A DNA stretch of 63,570 nucleotides, the filler included, from Craspedostauros australis (taxonomy: Eukaryota): the NCBI GenBank assembly GCA_030167865.1. It is 13 parts of 13 records of this genome, joined end to end, with 100 filler letters (N's around TTAATTAATTAA, not from the genome) between each part and the next. Parts side by side here need not be neighbours in the genome. Positions count along the whole stretch, not along the records: positions 22,376 to 28,365 come from JALAGF010004889.1; positions 28,466 to 31,780 come from JALAGF010004890.1; positions 31,881 to 35,237 come from JALAGF010004891.1; 10 more parts are not named here. One strand, 5' to 3'. A program made the translations under genes and the position numbers. Below, piece after piece: positions 22,376-35,160 of this stretch (its first letter is position 1; the number at the start of each line of letters is the position of its first letter). Under the pieces are notes generated by a model. The model was not told the origin of the DNA, did not search any database, and worked only from the letters and a program-made list of their open reading frames with translations.

Positions 22376-23853
22376 TCTGTCAGATGATATCGTCATCTGA
22401 GGTTTAGTTGGGAAGTACCTCGAGATTCTCTTGGTACCATTGATGCATGGACGGACGATATTCTGATTCTCCCAGAAATCGTTATTTGCAAATTTCCTCC
22501 AGAAATCTTGCCCCTTTTCGTGTGTTCCATTTCCTCTGTAATTCTGACGAATCACAGCATACTATCGACACGAGTGTAGTTATACCATCCAAGTGCGTAT
22601 GAGAGAATAGCGGGTGAACGATGCACATATACACGTACATCTTGACATATACTCACATGTACATCTCGACAGTCGACAGGATGTCATTGTGTCACCACGT
22701 CGCCATCTGTCTCCAAGTCAGAGCAGGAGGCGAAGATCTGATGACCGAAGGACATCGAGATCATGGATACAGGAGGTGAAGTTCAAATGGTAAGTACTCA
22801 TGGAGTAGGAACCAGTAGGGAACGAACAAAGTGTCAAATACGCAGTACGCATCGAACACGGAGTATTGTGTAGCATGAAGCACACGATATTGAGAGAGAG
22901 AGAGAGAGAGAGAGAATACGAAGAGTAGCGAGAGAGTATCTTGCACACCGACTCATAGTCGGAGACCAAATCTATGAAACAGATTGAAGCGCCAAGAGCA
23001 TCGGGCAAGAGAACGGACACCGAGAGGATCGGAGTACCACCGTAATGAAATAGCAAACGAACGACTATCAACCAACACCATCTTCCACGATCGTAGGTTA
23101 CAGTTGGATTTTCGTGTGCTGTTGTGACACGATCCGGAAGGGATGGCCTAGCTGACTGCCAGATTCTAGGAATCTGATGGTGAAGTCAACGTGGGGCGAC
23201 CGTCTGGAGATTAGTAGTGTGTGACAATGAAGTAGATTAGTGTTGTTGTGCTGATCTTGAGTTGTGCTATTTGTTATTTGAATAGTCTGCATTGTGAGTT
23301 GATCAGTTTGAGATGCAGGATGAAGAAACGATAGTCAGTTTGAGTAGTGCGGCTCTGCACTTACCTTCAGAGGTTCAGTGCTGAGGGCGGATGGGTCCTC
23401 TCTCTCTCTCTTTCCCCAGTATCTCATCGTAGTCATTCTACGTTTGAGTACTAAGCCTTGACACCTTGATTGAGGTTGAGATCGAGAACACAGGTTGTCG
23501 GGCCGAGGGAATTGATGTAGGATTCCCTGCATGTGTTGAAGCAGGGAAGATCTCTTGGTTATTGTCATGCGGGGCTATCAGGTTGTATAGCTGACAACGG
23601 AATTCAGGTTGGCAGCATTGCAATAGCTCAGGAGAGCACATAGTTCCCAAGGTGTCTTGATCCCATTGACTCGAATAGTATTCGAGTCAGTGGTGATTCA
23701 TGAGTGAAAGTGGGAGAAGGAGGGAAAAGAGTGATTGTTCCGTATTTGTTGGTGGGAGGTTTCGCGCCAAAAGTTTCGCGCCAAAAGTAATTTCATGGTG
23801 CGACAAGGAACACACTGAGTATAAAAGTAGTCCGTTCTTTAGATGAACTTCAA
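22376..23853. repeat. Composite dispersed repeat: LTR pieces (22376-22670 and inverted 22671-23102) joined to a ~650-bp repeat with TTTCGCGCC motifs
   Basis: Aligns by eye with 37010-38469 and 29870-30520. Confidence 0.75.
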
Positions 23854-25767
23854 CTGACAGGCTGCATTTCGGTACACGACTGTTTGTGACACGGGACTGG
23901 AAACGCTCCAAGGTAGTCCGAGTGCGATCAACATGGGCTGACTATAGTTGGTCCCAATGATACTATCGGAGGGTGGGGTAATAGTGAATATTGAAACACT
24001 ATTGTACTCTCGATCCTCGACATGTCGCGGTTTGGCAGGGATGTTGACAAAAAAATCCGGGAAGGCAAGTCAGGGAGTCGCGGAACCAAGATCAAACTTC
24101 GCCAACGATACAACCCTTTTCAATCGAAGGCTGCGACCACGATGTCAGTGGGCTGCAACATTGCGTGCACATTTATCCGACGAATTGTGACGAATAAACA
24201 AGGTGGAGAACCAGGGGAGCTAAATGCACTTATTCCTTCACATGGGGAGGCCTTGCTGTGACCGGTACTAGTCATATACTTGGCGATCCCCCACCGAAGA
24301 ATGGAGAGAGTTCTCGCTTCCGAATATCATCCGATGAGTTTCGCATCAAGACAACAACGTCACGAATAGTTCGAGAAGCAACGGACGACAAATGACTGAG
24401 TCTGTTTGAGTGCAAATCACATGGTCCTTGCCTGGTGTTCTAACTCTAGCTGTTGGTGTAGTGTGCAGAACAAGAACGTTTCACTTTGACAACGCTCTAC
24501 TCTTGGACATGTCCCAGAATGGCTTTCTTATTCCTTCCATTATGTCAAAGCTGCCGAAAGACGAATTCAACCTGTTTGTCGCAGTTGATGGAGAAGCGCT
24601 TGCGTCAAGAAGTTGTTCTTGAATGACCCACGCCATTTTATCCGTTGACGACATTGTGGACGCAAACGTTGACAAGCAGCCCCGGGGGTCTCACAAAAGA
24701 CCAAAGTTTATCGGGTCGACGCACCCTGACCAGAAGTTGCCACGACCGAGTCGTAGAATGCTTACCTACACCTCAGCAGAGTGTACCGGAACAAGCTCCG
24801 ACCTGGTTTGGTCGTGGATCTTGATGTGGGTAAATCGATTGGTGAATGAAGTGCGATGATTCATTCTGTGCTCTCTTGCCCATCTTGTGACTTGCACTTG
24901 TCTGAACGTACGATAGATGTGCTTGGTGAAGTCTCAGCTGTGCGCAAGAGTGGTTGGCTCTTTGACCTTCACTCAAGGATGTGGGCAAGTTAGGCTCGTG
25001 GGAAGAAAAGAAGAAGCTGTTTGGATGTCGCTCAGAACCTGATGCTCTGGGGATGCTGCCACAAGCATGTGAACCTTCTCGGGCTGATCGCAAACGAAGT
25101 GAAGCGCTTTGGAAGTGGATTGCTTTGGTGAGGGGAGCAGCTTTCCACACCGATGAAGTTCACGGGGGCGGGAAAGTCTCGAAACCTCGGGTGGCATGAC
25201 TCTCCCAAAAACTACCAGTTCATGGGTGGACATGTGTCTGTATCTGAACCTTGACGATGGCATGCCAGAGAGTTTGGCGAATCCGCTTTGCCTTCCCCTG
25301 AAACCGCTTCGAAAAAGCAGCGCTGTGTCAGCAATGAAGGGGAACTTATTACGCATACTCGGAAGATTCGAGCGGTGGGAGCGTAAGCGACACAACTTGC
25401 GACATCTCTTTTGCTGGCCGCTCACAAATGCAGAATACTGGAAAAGAAGGAAGCAACAAACACACGCACACAAACACACGCACACAAACACACGCACACA
25501 AACACACGCACACAAACACACGCACAGAGAGAGAGAGACGCACATTCAAACATAAACGCAGAGAGAGAGAGGGAGAGAGAGACAAGCAAAGCAAGACAAG
25601 CAAACGAACCAATAGCATCACGAACAAGAGCAACACAAGACAAGCCGCGCGCGTATTGCAAACAAAGCACGCACCAGTTCAACGACGACGACGACGACAA
25701 CAACAACAACAACAACAACACCATCAATCAAGAGGCCGAGACAACGTCGAAGAAGCGAGGGGTCGAG

Positions 25768-28365
25768 ATGTCAGAGAGTATCGATGAATCTATTTCCGTG
25801 GCACCGAGCCAAGGTATGGGCTCTGTGTCCGACGAGGGCGATGAGGTTCAGGCTGTGCGCAATGCCGCCAGAAATGACACACTGAACATTCGGCTGTGGA
25901 GGCTGATGGTAACCGGCGCTCTCCTCGCAACAGCAGTCACGGTCACCTGGACCACATACAGCGTAAGTTGTGTCCAAGAACTTGTTGACTCACGATCTCA
26001 AATGCGAGAGATCTGAATGCTCACACGGCTGGAGGTTTGGGTTGGTGGCCTGTCGATGATTCATCTTCATCCACGACTATGTACAACATCCATCACCAGC
26101 GTTTTCATTGGTGCTATCTTTGGTGTTATCATCACCAACATCGATCTTGACTTTGTCGATGTCGATGCCCGATGCCTGATCTCAACCGGCACCATCTCAA
26201 TGCTTGTCGTTCATGCACTAACCTCACCATCGATCTGTTTCGCCATTGCTGCACACCCTCACACCAACCTGCCCCGCATGCTCCTCCCACCAGTTCCTCC
26301 AAGATGAACAGGACGAGAACTTCGAGACCGCCGTAAGTATGCCGCCAAGAAGTCTGTCCCTTCGAGGATACCAACTTCCAAGTTCGTGGGCAAAACAGTC
26401 CACCAAATTTCCTCCTGGTCAAGCGTCCCCCGTGCTTTATGGCAAAACGGCATCTCACCTCTCTTCTCTTCATCACGTCAACCATCACTCATCCATCTCA
26501 ATCCTTCCTTGTCTATGACTGAACCTCCCCGGTTTTCGAACTGCTGTGCGCCATCGTACTACCAATTCGCATCAATCAATCGTTTGGACGCTCATGCGCA
26601 CAGTTCAAGCAATTCTCCAGAACAGTCGGAGATGCTGCTGTCGATCAGCAACGAGTCCTCCGCATAGGATACCGGGGGTTGGCAGATGCCGTGTCAGCAT
26701 CGGCCGAGATCACCAACCAAACATGGCCATTCGTGACGAATGATTACTACGGAACGCATGTCCAACCCTTCCTTGACCAAACTCCGATGGAGTTGGTTGG
26801 CTGCTTTCATCTTGTGGAACCCAACCAGCTGGAGGAGTGGGCCAGTTACACCACCGAGAGACACGAGTCCATGGTCCAAGGCGCTCACATCGAACAGCAC
26901 GGACACTTGGATAGGCTAATTCCAGTTGGATTTCACCCGTACATCACCCGAGCCACTCCGAAGGGCTTGATTGAAGACATTCCACGCGATCGCTACTTTG
27001 CGACTTGGGAATTCTATCCTGCACCGTTTACATACGGCTTCGTCAACTGGAATGTTTACTCTGTGCCTGACTTTGCTGGGATCCCCGGCGCACTATTTGC
27101 CCTCAAGAACCAAACAATGGTCACCAATGTTCGACACTACGTTGGGGCAGGCATCAGCTTTACACAAGAAGAACATGAGGCCATGCATGCCAAGCTGAAA
27201 GATTCCAGCACCGAACATCCACACAGCTTCATGTACCAACCCGTTCATGAGAAACCGGGAGACTACAACTCCAAAATCGTCGCTGTGTTGGGTGGCGGAG
27301 CTGCATGGGACGCTGCACTGAAGGATCTACTCCCTTCCAACGTCAAGGGCCTCTACGCTGTCATCAAGAACGACTGCAACCAATCCTACACCTATGTCAT
27401 CAATGGCGGTGATGCCATCTTCGAGGGAAACGGTAAGTGTTGCCACTCGCTTCGCTCGAAGCATACTGTCTTGATACTCGCGAAGTGGTGCACACCACGA
27501 GTCGCGTGAGTTGAACTTCACCGATCGCGCATCACATCACTCCCGTGCAACGATACACACTAGGCAGGAAGCAACCAACGTACAAGTGTCTGTATGCAAG
27601 TATGACACTAATGCACCCAACCCTCAGACGCAACAAGCTCACACAGCCCCTCCTTCTTTCTCTCTTTCACTCAATCCACCCATCGTCCACAACCACCAGG
27701 TGACCTGCATGACCCAAAGTACAACAACTACGAACGAAAGGTCGACCTCGCCCTCAACGATCATGCAGACTTCGCAACCACCCCAGGACACTGCCAGTAC
27801 TCAATGTTCCTCTACCCCTCCCGCGACTTCCAGCAACCATACGACAAGTTCACTCCGGAGATATTCGCCATCATCGTGTGCTGTACATTCGTCTTCGTTG
27901 CGGTCGTCTTCTTCATCTACGACCTCTTCGTCTACCGCCGCAACGAAAGACTGGTCGAGAATGCGGCCAAGTCCAACGCCATCGTCTCGTCCCTCTTCCC
28001 GCGAAACATCCGCGATCGACTCATCACCAACAGTCAGGCAGGAAAAAACAAGGGCGTTGCCAGCCAAATCTCCGGCCTCAAGAGCTTCCTGGCCGGAGAC
28101 ATTGAGGGTTCTGGCATGGACTCACGTCCCATGGCTGATCTGTTCCTTGACACGACGATCCTGTTCGCGGATATCGCAGGCTTCACCGCCTGGAGCTCCG
28201 TCCGTGAGCCATCCCAGGTGTTCACGTTCCTGGAGAAGATCTTCTCTTCCTTCGATCAGATCGCCAAGGCCCGTCGTGTGTTCAAGGTCGAGACCGTCGG
28301 TGACTGCTACGTCGCCGCCACCGGCATCCCTGATCCGCGAAAGGATCATGCCGTGGTGATGGTCC
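25768..28365 (+). CDS. Receptor-type class III adenylate/guanylate cyclase, 3'-truncated; exons about 25768-25962, 26294-26332, 26604-27432, 27700-28365
   Basis: GTAAG/CAG splice sites keep the frame. Architecture: TM, sensor region (TWPFVT..GDLHDPKY), TM, then IVSSLFP.NIRDRL, TILFADIAGFTAWSSVREP, FKVETVGDCYVAATGIP. Confidence 0.92.
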
Positions 28366-28465
28366 NNNNNNNNNNNNNNNNNNNNNNNNNNNNNNNNNNN
28401 NNNNNNNNNTTAATTAATTAANNNNNNNNNNNNNNNNNNNNNNNNNNNNNNNNNNNNNNNNNNNN

Positions 28466-29006
28466 GAAGTTCGTGTCGGATACGAGAGAGTACGGTCTGA
28501 AGATGAGACCGAAACCCTTGGAGAACGATGCATGGAAGATTGTGGTGTATACCGACAGCGAGTTCGCTGGTGACAAGGACAATCGCATCAGTGTGGGAGG
28601 ACACCTCGTCCTACTACANNNNNNNNNNNNNNNNNNNNNNNNNNNNNNNNNNNNNNNNNNNNNNNNNNNNNNNNNNNNNNNNNNNNNNNNNNNNNNNNNN
28701 NNNNNNNNNNNNNNNNNNNNNNNNNNNNNNNNNNNNNNNNNNNNNNNNNNNNNNNNNNNNNNNNNGCCGACAGACGTGATGGTTGACAACGTGGGAGCAA
28801 TCTTCATCGCTTCCAACCCATCTACATCGGCCAGAACCAGACACATCGATATCCGACACCACTTCATCCGAGAGCTGATTGCGAACAAAGAGGCCAGAGC
28901 CCGGTTCGTACGTTCAGAAGACAACATCGCTGACGGCTTCACCAAGAACACGAAGAAGGAGATCTACGACAGACACAAGGGAGATATCATCCAGCCTCGG
29001 TCAGCA
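28466..29006 (+). mobile_element. Copia RNase H fragment
   Basis: YTDSEFAGDKDNRISVGG, VDNVGAI, RTRHIDIRHHFIRE, NIADGFTK. Confidence 0.92.
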
Positions 29007-29869
29007 NNNNNNNNNNNNNNNNNNNNNNNNNNNNNNNNNNNNNNNNNNNNNNNNNNNNNNNNNNNNNNNNNNNNNNNNNNNNNNNNNNNNNNNNNNNNNN
29101 NNNNNNNNNNNNNNNNNNNNNNNNNNNNNNNNNNNNNNNNNNNNNNNNNNNNNNNNNNNNNNNNNNNNNNNNNNNNNNNNCAAAGTCGGACACGCTCCCA
29201 AGTCTATTGTGGACCTCCTCCTCTGTGTGTCAAGAGTATGACGGACGACGGACAGACTAATCGTGAGACATGGTTTTAGTGGATTGACGAACTGGTATGG
29301 CGAACGATGGATGTAAAAAGGAGACTGGAACACCGAAGTGTTCCAAGCATGAGGGTTGACCGGTTAACTTGAAACATCTATGCAAGGACGCAATCACGGA
29401 CTGAATCGCTCGGAACCCAGAACATGATTACGTGACCGATAGAGATCCAGCGAAGGAGAACAAAGAGCGGACTGGAACAACATCGAAGGACTGGACTGAT
29501 CGTGCCAGAACTCCATGTTCTGAGCAAGTGTGATTGTCGGTGAGCATGTGAGAGGAGTGAGTGAACAACACGGAAGAGTGTACTGAATGAGTGATGGATG
29601 CCTGATGAGAAGAGAATGAATCAAGCATCAGCATGCATGCACCTCAGGAGTGTAGACTGATATCTCAGCAGGACGAGCATGGTGAAATGCACATGTTATG
29701 AGCAATGAAATGGGCATGACAGAGAGAGAGAGACTGCAATGATGATTGTGAGGGGCAACTACAGGAGGCCATCAACATCATCATGGGCAAACGAGTTGAC
29801 GATTTGAGAAATGAGTGTGTTGTTCTCACAGTTCTGAAACGGTACAGTTTAATAAGCATTAGACTATAT

Positions 29870-30520
29870 CTATAACCCCGGATTTCCAACAGATACAGAA
29901 GGTGAACTTCAAATGGTAAGTACTCACGGAGTAGGAGCGAGTACTGAATGAACGGAGTGTTGAATGCGGAGTACGCATCGAACACGGAGTATCGTGTAGT
30001 ATGAGCACACGATGCTGAGACAGAGAGAGAGAATACAGAGAGAAGCAAGAGAGCACCTCTTGTACTGACTCATAGTCGGAGACCGAATCTACGAAACAGA
30101 TTGAAGCGCTGAGAGCATCGGGCAAGAGAACTGGTGTACACCAAGAGGATCGGAGTAACCAACTAATGAAATAGCAAACGAACGACTATCAACCACCACC
30201 ATCTTCCACGATCGTAGGTTACCGTGAGCGGAACTTGCCAACAGGCTGTGGAGTGAAAGTAGGTGTCATAGCTGACAAGGGAATCAAGACAAGTTGCAAT
30301 ACAAGGATTCAGGGGAGCACATTGTTCCCAGGACGGCTTGGATCGAGTCAATCGTGCAATTTGAGTCAGTGATGATCCGTGAATGGAAAAGGGAGGAAAA
30401 GAGAAAGGAGGATTTTCCTGTTGTCGAAGTTGGAAGATTTCGCGCCAAAAGTGAATTTCAAGCAACGACATTGGACACACTAAATGGAAAGTTGTCTGTT
30501 GTCCAGTGAACTTCAACTGC
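29870..30520 (+). repeat. LTR 3' part (to about 30243) joined to the TTTCGCGCC-containing repeat
   Basis: Homologous to 22760-23100 / 23580-23853 and to the reverse complement of 37010-38000. Confidence 0.7.
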
Positions 30521-30940
30521 TTTTTTGTGGCTTTCACGACGATTCCCTGTGACACTTCTCTTCGTGTCCTATCGTGTTTCAACTTGTCGATCTCACTGGC
30601 CGAGCGCAACCTGTTGACGCCACGAACAACTTCTGGGTACAGGTGATGTTCGGGTCAAGACCAGTTGACACAGCACAAACATGGAAGGACGAAACAACAA
30701 CACACAAAACACAGAATTCTCCAAAATCCTTCACAAAACCAGCGAAGCCTGTTCAAAGTGCCTCGAAAACTCTCTGCAGATCGCACTTGGTTGACACTCC
30801 AACATACCTGAGGCGAGAGGACTCTTCATCCCACAACAACAACAACGACAACAACAACGACGTTGACGACCTCCAGCATAAACGACGAAGGGCAGAACTC
30901 CACTTCGCTCGACTCAACTCCACTTGTTAGACGCCACCGT

Positions 30941-31780
30941 GATGGACGACCGCAAGCCACCACCAAGGAGCCCTGGCGATGACAAGGAAGGCAATGGCGT
31001 GATGGAGAAGGAAGACAACGAAGAAAACGAAGACAACGATGACGCCGCCAGTGCTGCTGAAGACAGAAAGCCTGCAGCCCACCGTCGGGAGGTCCACATC
31101 GGTCGAGACCGAGTTAGACAACGTCGCAGCGGTGGATCGACCAGGATCAGCTCTGCTGCCAACGCAGGCGCCAAGGCAAAGGCCAGGGCTGGAGCTCTGC
31201 GCGCCGCTGGTCTGCTCTCACCCAGCGAAATGACCCCCATCACCAGTGGATCCTTCTCCCCCATTGGATCGGAGCAACCGAAGTCAGGACCTCCACGAGC
31301 GTCAGTATCAGCATCAGTCGTTTCGCCTCCGCCACCGCGGCGACCAGGAGCCGTGTCTGTACCGGGCGTTGACGCATCGAGAGAGGACATCGCAGCGTCC
31401 AATGCGTCCAATTCGTCCAATGCGTACGCGATGTCGCAGAAGGGCGGGGCTATCCCTACGTCCCTCAGGACCACCGAGGCATCCATTGGCACACGGACCG
31501 CCGGTGGCACAGGAACCCGCAAGAGGACTAAGTTTGGATACCCCAGAGGCACGCGGACGCCGCAACGGGATTCCAATCCCAGCAGGGCCGCTATGCCCAG
31601 TCGCAACTCAGTTGAAACGAAGGAGGAGGATGACAAGGAACTATTGCAGCCAACGGATGACCCGCCACTGACCGTCCCGATCCAACCAGGCGCCATTTCA
31701 GCTGGCGGCAACTTGCGCCCGTCCACAGATTCCACCTTCACCATGGACCAAACCGGAAACATCGACACTATTGCCACCCC
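30941..31780 (+). CDS. Hypothetical protein, low-complexity N-terminus with PGAV/PGAI motifs; truncated
   Basis: Open frame of about 280 aa to the contig end (MDDRKPPP..RPGAVSVPG..QPGAISAG), a style common in diatom membrane-protein N-termini. Confidence 0.5.
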
Positions 31781-31880
31781 NNNNNNNNNNNNNNNNNNNN
31801 NNNNNNNNNNNNNNNNNNNNNNNNTTAATTAATTAANNNNNNNNNNNNNNNNNNNNNNNNNNNNNNNNNNNNNNNNNNNN

Positions 31881-33292
31881 TTCCCACAGATACATCAGCA
31901 GGCCTACGGAGGCGGATTGGAATACGAAGATGGCGCTGATGCCAATCATCGCACACGTTAAGAATCAGTGCTTCAGAACGTACTGGTATGGCTTCAGCTC
32001 TCTTCCAATACAGACGTGCCCTGCGCTGACTTGCACATCGTCATTGTAGAGAGCGTCGTCATGCAACGGTGTCCATTCTATCCACGCAGCTGGAGAGCTC
32101 GTGCGCTGTGTTCGTTGCCGCCTTTTCGTTCTGCTCACCAACCAAACAATGATGGACCGTGACGGATGCTGCTTTCGTTCCATGACGTAATGATACGACG
32201 GGATCACGATGGTGCGAGTTTCCGGGATAGCACCGACGAGAAACGGCACCAGTAGCGTCCATTTTCGAATCAGCGATATCCAGTCACTTTCGTGCAGGCA
32301 TTGCGTGGATCGCACAGATATTGCAAGGGCCGTTCCATTTGCGGATTGCAATGTCACGTGCACGCCGAAGATGCCCAACTCTCGGTTAGTCAGCGATTCT
32401 AGAAGTTCCAGCGCGATTTCGATGGCGCACGGTTGGTTTGTCTTCAACGCGGAGCGAGATCGTGGTTTGGGGTGATGACCGTCAAGGTATGGTCCCCATT
32501 GCGTGCGCTTGGTGAAAAGATCGGCAGTTGCTCAAGGCGATCGTTGCAAGGCACGCCGCTGATCAACTGAAAGATTAGGTATTTGGTTCTGCGGTGGCAT
32601 CTGAGGTTGTGCTTGGGCTTGTCTTTGAGCTTGCCCATGCGATGGTGGTGGTGATGAGTGGGAGACTGTCTCCTGTTGCGACTCGACGCCAGCTTCATGA
32701 CTGCTCTCGCTGCTGCTGCTGCTGTCATTATTGATGGCTATATTCGTCTCATATTGTTTGCATTCTTGTAACCCCTCTTTCTCCGTTTGATGCTTCCCAT
32801 CCTCCTTATCTGAATCTGCATCTGTTTCTGCTACTGCTCCAGCCACCATTGTTGCACGAGATGATGTTCAGTTGGATGGATGGACATCTCAGTGTAATCG
32901 AAGTAGAGTGACATCATGATGTCGTGGGATGGCATCACAATGATGTGGAACAGTCCGTAGGACAACACGGATGTGGAGAGGATCACCATGGCTATGCTCC
33001 AGCAGATGACGAGCTTTTGCAACAAGGGAATGAAGCCCATGAATCCATCTGCGCTGGTTCTGCTGTCATTATTGTTGCCATTGCCGTTTGCACGGTGGTT
33101 GCCATCTCCGTCTGTTGCATTGTGCACGGAAGATGAGCGATGCAAGATGCTGGAGTTTCCATTGCTCATCGCGATGGCTGTCGTTGCCCATGATGGCACG
33201 GGCAGCCCGTACGCAGACGAGAGCAACAGCACATCAGACGCAGTCGAAGCAAGGCGGTGAACAATGTGTTGGTTTTGGGAGGTGTCGGCCAT
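31881..33292 (-). pseudogene. Seipin-like (lipid-droplet biogenesis) pseudogene
   Basis: N-terminal TM then LYFDY; IEIALELLESLTNRELGIFGV..S.R..ESDWI..LVPFLVGAIPE; second TM after KH*FLTC. Frame change near 32850 and in-frame TGA at 32532 and 31965. Confidence 0.7.
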
Positions 33293-34483
33293 GATGGGAT
33301 GATGAGCCTCGTGATCTTGGTGGCGCCGATATCGCTTCTGATACGATTAGAGTCGAGTAGAGCAGAGCATGTCCTTGCGCTTACATCTGCACTTCCACCT
33401 GCGCTTCCACTTCCAAGGATGCTTGCGCTTGCTCGTCGCAATCAGTATCATCCACGACAACATTCCTTCTATGCTCTGTTTTGCTGCGTCCAACCCTCCT
33501 CTTGCTGGCCCGAAACAATCATTGCCGCAAGGTACTTCCTCTTGTTGTGTCGTCTTCCTCCTTTGATTCTTGGTAGCGACGTGGTGTTGGGATTGTTGGC
33601 ATACATACGTTGGCCATCGGTTGGCCATCGGTTGGCCATCGGTTGGTTCTTTCTCTTCATTCTTGGTCGGATGGAGGGAAATGATGTTGCTTCCCTCTTC
33701 TGTAATTTCACGCTTGCATCGAGCACCTCCAAATCTGGGAGAAGTACGACTACGGATTGCCTTGTGTCTCCGAAGACGTACACTTTGTGAGTGTTGGTAG
33801 TCGCGAGGCAACAATTTCACAACTGGCAAGCCTCGCTCATCCTGATCCCAAGTCGCGATTACGAATCCTGTGGAGTATTGACAACACAGACTCAGCGGAC
33901 TTTAGTCCCGTGACACTACTGACTAAATGCATGTTTCACAGAACTCGTTATGAAATTATGACCGGTCTCCCACCAGCGTTCAAAACCGGAACAACAAATC
34001 CATACTACTCCGATCGGTTCAGATTTGTGTGCGACATGGGTTGGGACCGTATATAACGGAAAAGGGTTATATTGGGATATGCGGTAAATTAATTACTTGT
34101 AACTCCCAATACTTCTTCCCGAGTGTTGCAGGCTCGCAAGCACGTCATCCAGAACCGCATTCTTGTCTGAACGGCGTCGCAATACTACGTCATCCTGTGA
34201 CGTCATCTGTTCGAACTGTTGCTCAATGAGATACCTTCATATTGGTACCATATCTTCGATCAATTTGTCTCAGTTCTGTTCGTGGTGATCATGCGTGTTG
34301 ATGCGAGCTTCGTGCGCAGACAACGGCGCAGCTCGTCGCGGCCTACGAGTCATCATTTTGGGAGTGACCCGCTGCACATCATGATCGCAATTACAGCATT
34401 ATAATCCATACTGAATTAGACTACACAACTACCTACCACCACTATCAAGGTGCTCCATCTTACTGGGATCATCGCATTCTCCT

Positions 34484-35160
34484 TATGAGCCCCCCGAGTG
34501 AGTCGACCTGCACTTTGTCCTGGGACTCAACACCTTTTTTCTCGGATATCCAAACAAATCACATATTCATAATCCCCATATTCTAAAACCAAATACTGAT
34601 TCAAATCACTTTCCGGTTAGACCTTAGTTTAAGTTTTATGGTCCCATCAAGGTGCTAATTTTTAGACTGATTTAGGGACTCAGCCTTTGACAGACGACTA
34701 CATCGATCCAATTTAACCCTTTGCTGTTCTTTGTTTCAGCAACTTTGTTCCGATTTTGAATTGTTTAGTCTCTTTTTCAGGTGTTCGGACGACACCATCC
34801 AACAGTCCCTCCACGATAGCACTAGTTGTGGAATGTTGGGGGAAGCGGTGAACCTACATTTACGTTACTTACACCATGTGCTTGTCCAATCCGTCATCGA
34901 CGTCACGAAATTGGATACTTCGTCACGAAACACCAATGATATCACGATGCNNNNNNNNNNNNNNNNNNNNNNNNNNNNNNNNNNNNNNNNNNNNNNNNNN
35001 NNNNNNNNNNNNNNNNNNNNNNNNNNNNNNNNNNNNNNNNNNNNNNNNNNNNNNGGTAAATCTCCACATCCCCCAACATGTGAGGCTGGCCGAGAGTGGC
35101 AAACTCGACACACCAACATGGAAGTGGAGCAACACCAAAAAAATACCACAATGGCTGACA
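34484..35160 (+). mobile_element. Terminus and subterminal region of the TATGAGCCC transposon family
   Basis: Co-linear with the reverse complement of 62740-63410 for several hundred bp. Confidence 0.72.

Noticed and set aside
23900..25760. Scattered 60-200 aa ORFs and (ACAC/AG/AAC)n tracts
   Set aside because: No recognisable motif or consistent gene model; these are microsatellites in the cyclase upstream region.
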